A stretch of 42,440 nucleotides of DNA from Salpingoeca rosetta (lineage: Eukaryota > Protista > Choanoflagellata): contig JAWQFM010000002.1 of the NCBI GenBank assembly GCA_033442325.1, positions 1,272,642-1,315,081 of the forward strand. Reading direction: 5' to 3'. The translations under genes were made by a program, and so were the position numbers. Under the pieces are notes generated by a model. The model did not search any database. It was given only the letters and a program-made list of their open reading frames with translations, and was not told the origin of the DNA. Positions 38,751 through 42,440 of the stretch are shown one piece after another (position 1 is the stretch's first letter; each line of letters opens with the position of its first letter).

Positions 38751-38774
38751 TCGCATTCATTTTTTTTCTCCTCG

Positions 38775-38838
<64 letters not shown>

Positions 38839-39363
38839 CTCTGCATCACTGTTCTTCCTCCAGCAACCCTGTCTCTAGTATCGCATTCATTTTTTTTCTC
38901 CACGCTCTGTGTGTGCTGCTTCGTGTGTGCTCCTCTTCACCACCACTGCGACTGCTTGCACAGCACAGCTAGTATCGCATACATTTTTTTTCTTTCTGAA
39001 CGCTCTGTGTGTGCGTGTATGTGTGTGCTGCTCTGCACCACCACTGCGACTGCTTGCACAACACAGCTAGTATCGCATTCATTTTTTTCTCCTCGCTCTG
39101 TGTGTGTGTGTATGTGTGTGCTGCTCTGCACCACCACTGCGACTGCTTGCACAGCACAGCTAGTATCGCATTCATTTTTTTTCTGAACGCCCTGTGTGTG
39201 CGTGTATGTGTGTGCTGCTCTGCACCACCACTGCGACTGCTTGCACAGCACAGCTAGTATCGCATACATTTTTTTTCCACCCTCCGTGTGTGTGCATCAC
39301 TGTTCTCACGCCACCGACTGCGACTGCTTGCACAGCACAGCATCCCTGTCCCTAGTATCGCAT
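38745..39363 (+). repeat. tRNA-linked tandem array of seven CTAGTATCGCAT anchors (right copy)
   Basis: Anchors at 38745, 38875, 38969, 39067, 39160, 39254 and 39352; spacings 130, 94, 98, 93, 94 and 98 bp. Confidence 0.9.
38760..38767 (+). terminator. RNA polymerase III terminator (T8) of the right permuted tRNA
   Basis: TTTTTTTT 9 nt after A37. Confidence 0.7.
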
Positions 39364-39910
39364 GCATTCAACATCCAACTTCCTGCGCAGCGAAGACTGT
39401 AAACTGAAAAGCCGGGTCGGTCACAGGGCCGACAGGAGGACAAGGGGGAGAGGAAGAGAGCTAGCGGAAGCAGAAGAAGCGCAAGCGCAAGCACAAGCAC
39501 AAGGAACAGAAAGCGGAGAAGCAGAGAAGAAAGAAGAGCCGAAGCACTACCGAGCTGTAGAGCTGTGGCATCCTGCAGTGCACAGACTTCTAGACTTCCT
39601 GCTTGTGCACTGTGCCTCTGTGCATTCTTGCATTTGGCCATCTACGCGATGCGTGCTGCAGGCTACTGCGGTACTGCATGTGCTCACCCAGCCAACACCT
39701 CAACTCTTCAGCTTGCACCCTGCGACACTGCTGCCTCTTTCTCTCTCTCTCTCTCTCACAAGCGCACAAGCACACACACACACACACACGCACACACACA
39801 CACACACACAGACACACAGACACACACACACACACAGACACACACAGAGACACACACACACACAAAGCCATTTTTCGAATTTCCCGCCACCATCACCTGC
39901 ACCACCCCAG

Positions 39911-41741
39911 ATGATGTTGCAACTTGTTGGTCGCTGTGTTCGCGGCGTGTCGCCTGCCTTGATCCACCATGCCTCACGAATGGCAGGTGGTCAAGGCAGC
40001 GCTGCTCTCGCATTTGCCCTGCAACGAACGCACCGTGCAGCGTCCTCCGTCGCCCTTGATAGCAGTGAGTAGCGTCGTTGGCTGTGTGCGTGGACGCGTG
40101 TGCTTCGTACCAGTGTTTGTGCCCACACGCGTGCTTCGTCGCTCACACACACACACACACAGCGCATGTTGGTCTGAACGAGGAGCAGTTGGATGTGCTG
40201 GAGATGTGCCGCAGCTTTGCCTACCGCGAGATGCTGCCTTACATGCAAGACTGGGATGAGAAGGAGGAGTTCCCCGTCGAAACGCTGCGGCAGCTTGCTG
40301 GCCTTGGCCTTGGTGCCATCTACGCCTCGTCGGTGCGCACGTGCATGTGCATGTGCTTGTGTGTGTGCATGTGCTTGTGTGTGTGCATGTGCTTGTGTGT
40401 GTGCATGTGCTTGTGTGTGTGCGTGTGAATCCATGCTTGTGCATGCGTGTGTGCGTGCGTGTGAGCGTCCCTTCGTTCACGTGAGCACTCATATGTGCAC
40501 GCACTTCACTCATCCTGCCACACCCTGGCTTTCTCTTGCAACCACCTTTCCAAAGGAGTACGGTGGCAGTGGCATGAGCCGAATGGATGCCAGCCTCATC
40601 TTCGAGGCCCTCTCCCACGGCTGCACCAGGTAACACCGATAGTGCAGGACCAAGACAGACGAACGCAACCGTCCCAGCTTTTGCACACACAACACACACA
40701 CACACACACACACACTCACACATACACACAACACACACACACACACACACAACACACACACACAACACACACACACACACGCACGCACACACACACACAC
40801 ACACAACACACAACACACACACACTCACCATCACATCCATCGCCCCACTCAAACCAACAGCACAACGGCGTACCTGAGTATCCACAACATGTGTGCATGG
40901 ATGATTGACAAGTTTGGCACAGAGGAGCAGCGGTCCACGTTCGTGCCTGCCCTCGCTTCAATGGAGGTGACAACCCTGTCTGTACTGTATCTACTGCATC
41001 CTCACGCACAACCAACGTTATCCCTCCTCCCATCAACCCCTCCCCACACCTTCTCACACGTTCCTCATCACCCGGCACCATCCTCGCGTCAACGCTGCAT
41101 CGACAGCAAATGGGCTCCTACTGTCTGACGGAGCCCGGCAGCGGCAGCGACGCAGCTGCCCTGCGCACCACAGCCAAGAAGGACGGTGAGTGCTGTGCTC
41201 TCTCTCTCTCGCCTGCTTGTTCATTGTGATGCCAGTGTCGGCTCCCGGCTCCCTTGCTCATGCCGGCCTGTGGTGACGTTGCAATGCAGGCGATGACTAC
41301 ATTCTCAACGGCAGCAAGGCCTTCATCAGCGGCGGCGGCGACACGGACGTGTATCTGATCATGGCGCGCACCGGCGAGCCAGGTGGGTTTCAGCCGCATG
41401 CGGGTGTGGATGTGATTGCGTGATAGTGGTGGTGGGTGGGATGGAATGTGAGAACAGTGCAACCAAGGGCTGATACAATCACACACGCACATTCACGCAC
41501 ATTCACACACCTACACACACCCACACGCGATCACATCTACTTCCATATTCATGACAGGACCCAAGGGCATCTCTTGCTTTATCGTGAACCGTGATGACGG
41601 CCTCACCTTTGGCGCCAAGGAACGCAAGGTCAGCGTGATGCACACACTTGCAAGAACCCCCCCCCCCTTGTCCCAACTACTCTCTCCATCTCTCTCTCTC
41701 TCTGTCTCTCTTGCACACACACACACACACACATTCACGAC

Positions 41742-41805
<64 letters not shown>

Positions 41806-42440
41806 TCACACGACCCTCTTCCTGTCTGCGCAGCTTGGCTGGAACTCGCAGCCGACGCGGATGGTGATCATGGAGGATGTGCGCGTGCCTGCAAGCAGCG
41901 TGCTCGGTGGCGAGGAAGGTGTCGGCCGCGGCTTCAACATTGCCATGGACGGCATCAACGGAGGTGTGGCACAAAGCAGGGGCCTGAACGGATCAGCATG
42001 TGTTGCTTTCATGCGCTCCATTCATCCTACCATGTCGGGTCTCATTCTCCCACCCTCAACACCAACGTGCACACACGTCCACTGACACACACACACACGC
42101 CCCCTCCCCCCCCACACATACACACCTGCAATAGGTCGCATCAACATTGCATCCTGCAGCGTTGGCGGGGCGCAGGCGTCGCTGCTGCAGACGGTGGAGT
42201 ACATGAACGAGCGCAAGCAGTTTGGCAGCAAGATCTCTGACTTCCAGGCCCTCCAGTTCCGCCTTGCCGATTACGCTGCTGAGCTGAGCGCATCGCGCCA
42301 GGTTGTTCGTCTCGCCGCCCGGGAACTCGACGCAAAGAGCAGGTGAGCACAAAGCGTTCGTGTTTGCGGCGGTACAACGACGTTGTGCTCGTTGATGCTG
42401 CCCCTTTCGCACCCTGTAGTGGTGACACGCCCTTGTTGCC
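39911..42440 (+). CDS. ACAD8: Mitochondrial isobutyryl-CoA dehydrogenase (acyl-CoA dehydrogenase family member 8), 3'-truncated by the window end
   Basis: Spliced exons encode a presequence-like N-terminus, GLNEEQ...[104 protein letters not shown] and RKQFG...QALQFRLAD. Confidence 0.9.

Larger units (their letters stand above)
37912..39734. repeat. Right arm of the ~1.8-kb inverted repeat (partner 24896-26724)
   Basis: Same match as the left arm. Boundaries are where complementarity stops (26724/37912 inner; 24896/39734 outer). Confidence 0.97.

Noticed and set aside
38745-39363. CRISPR-like array (12-bp anchor with regular spacing)
   Set aside because: The intervening sequences are near-copies of each other rather than unique spacers, the context is eukaryotic, and there are no cas genes.
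24896-39734. Autonomous Maverick/Polinton or DNA transposon
   Set aside because: No recognisable integrase, transposase, protein-primed PolB, capsid gene, terminal motif or TSD.
39362-40072. ORF in the repeat arm (EAEEAQAQAQ...) and its mirror at 24753-25268
   Set aside because: Low-complexity, runs through microsatellites, no domain. Only its 3' end coincides with ACAD8 exon 1.

Overview
Eukaryotic, intron-rich draft sequence with CA/GT-microsatellite-filled introns and four N gaps. The style and gene content suggest a choanoflagellate such as Salpingoeca (inference). Ordinary genes: 3' exons of LSm3 (+), a near-complete axonemal dynein heavy chain DNAH1 ortholog (-), an orphan multi-exon gene with a PI3/4K-like kinase motif (+), and the 5' part of ACAD8 (+). 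The unusual part is a ~14.8-kb block (24896-39734) bounded by near-identical 1.8-kb inverted repeats. Each arm carries an outward-facing, circularly permuted tRNA-Thr(AGT): the 3' half (38-73) precedes the 5' half (1-37), the break is at the canonical 37/38 splice position, the leader and trailer can form a splice-endonuclease-type structure, and a T8 Pol III terminator follows. Downstream of each tRNA is a ~95-bp tandem array that reiterates the anticodon loop and terminator. Between the arms lie an intronless orphan LRR-like ORF, a decayed inverted paralog fragment, and an immune-receptor-like LRR-ANK-Roc-COR-TIR-SAM gene whose eight LRRs are each encoded by an 84-nt same-phase exon.
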